Part shown: positions 63,529 through 64,000 of the stretch, in pieces
Layout: each line of letters opens with the position of its first letter
Numbering within the stretch: position 1 is the first letter of the stretch
Position numbers and translations under genes: made by a program
The notes under the pieces: model-generated
What the model was told of the DNA's origin: nothing
Seen by the model: only the letters and a program-made list of their open reading frames with translations
The model's database searches: none
Source of the DNA: an uncultured cyanobacterium
Lineage (GTDB): Bacteria > Cyanobacteriota > Cyanobacteriia > Cyanobacteriales > Nostocaceae
Direction: 5' to 3'
DNA: 64,000 nucleotides
Assembly (NCBI GenBank): GCA_963706595.1
Contig: OY970166.1
Span: 2,592,001 to 2,656,000, forward strand

Positions 63529-64000
63529 TTACTGCTTTTTAGCTGCCAACTTGACATTAGTAGCCAGACCAAATACTTGCAGCAATTGAATTGTCATCCA
63601 AGTTAAATCAATTTCCCACCATTCCAGCCCGTGACGAGCTGAGTATTGAAAAGCATGGTGATTATTATGCCAGCCTTCGCCGAATACTAGCACAGCGACC
63701 CACCAGCAATTTGTGGAGCGATCGCCTGCATCATAGCTGCGATAACCAAATTTATGCGTAGCGCTGTTCACCAACCAGGTGCAGTGGTAGACCCACACAA
63801 TGCGAACAAATATTCCCCAAACCACAAAAGACCAGCCACCCAGATACATGAGTAATAAACCCAGTGCTACCTGAACCAAAATGAAATATTTCTGTAAAAA
63901 CTGATAAACTGGGTCTTCGGCAAGATCCTTGGTAAAACGAGGAACATCAGCGTGAGCGGGAGAGTGATAAATTAACCAACCCATATGACTCCACCAGAAG
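63529..64000 (-). CDS. desC: Delta-9 acyl-lipid desaturase, 3' part; 5' end outside window
   Basis: WWSHMGW, VNSATH, GEGWHNNHH, EIDLTW. Confidence 0.93.
   Translation of the reverse strand, partial: FWWSHMGWLIYHSPAHADVPRFTKDLAEDPVYQFLQKYFILVQVALGLLLMYLGGWSFVVWGIFVRIVWVYHCTWLVNSATHKFGYRSYDAGDRSTNCWWVAVLVFGEGWHNNHHAFQYSARHGLEWWEIDLTWMTIQLLQVFGLATNVKLAAKKQ

Overview
Chromosomal window from a filamentous cyanobacterium of Nostocales type. The assignment rests on abundant HIP1 GCGATCGC octamers, heptameric STRR arrays, a short KaiA and a split dnaE. Most genes are core: the N-terminal half of a split-intein dnaE, petBD, ctpA, cpcS, nblB, a TolC/HgdD-type protein, kaiABC, several hybrid histidine kinases, a REC-GGDEF cyclase, selO, anmK, a Ser/Thr kinase, nblA, a PP2C phosphatase, an ABC1 kinase, three Uma2 genes, a CBS-domain tRNA nucleotidyltransferase, psbZ, ribH, tRNA-Gly(GCC), a ProA-like gene and a desC-desA-desB-desD desaturase cluster. 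The mobile and repeat layer includes a tnpB-only IS200/IS605-type element (TTAC target, TCAA right end) abutting a truncated DUF892 gene. It also includes an IS607 tnpA 5' fragment and a tnpB 3' remnant on either side of selO, MITEs, nested short dispersed repeats (SDRs) and a higBA relic. The most interesting observations are these. desD sits behind a duplicated copy of the desB leader. A hybrid kinase upstream of a diguanylate cyclase has a LOV-like domain that keeps Cys but lacks the active-site Gln. 24-nt repeats are inserted into other elements, including the tnpB left-end hairpin. A decayed in-frame extension lies upstream of kaiA, and the ProA-like protein lacks the catalytic Cys. Several single-base frameshifts in the first 12 kb, one of them in essential petD, look like sequencing errors. 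I found no CRISPR array and cannot claim a wholly new system from sequence alone.
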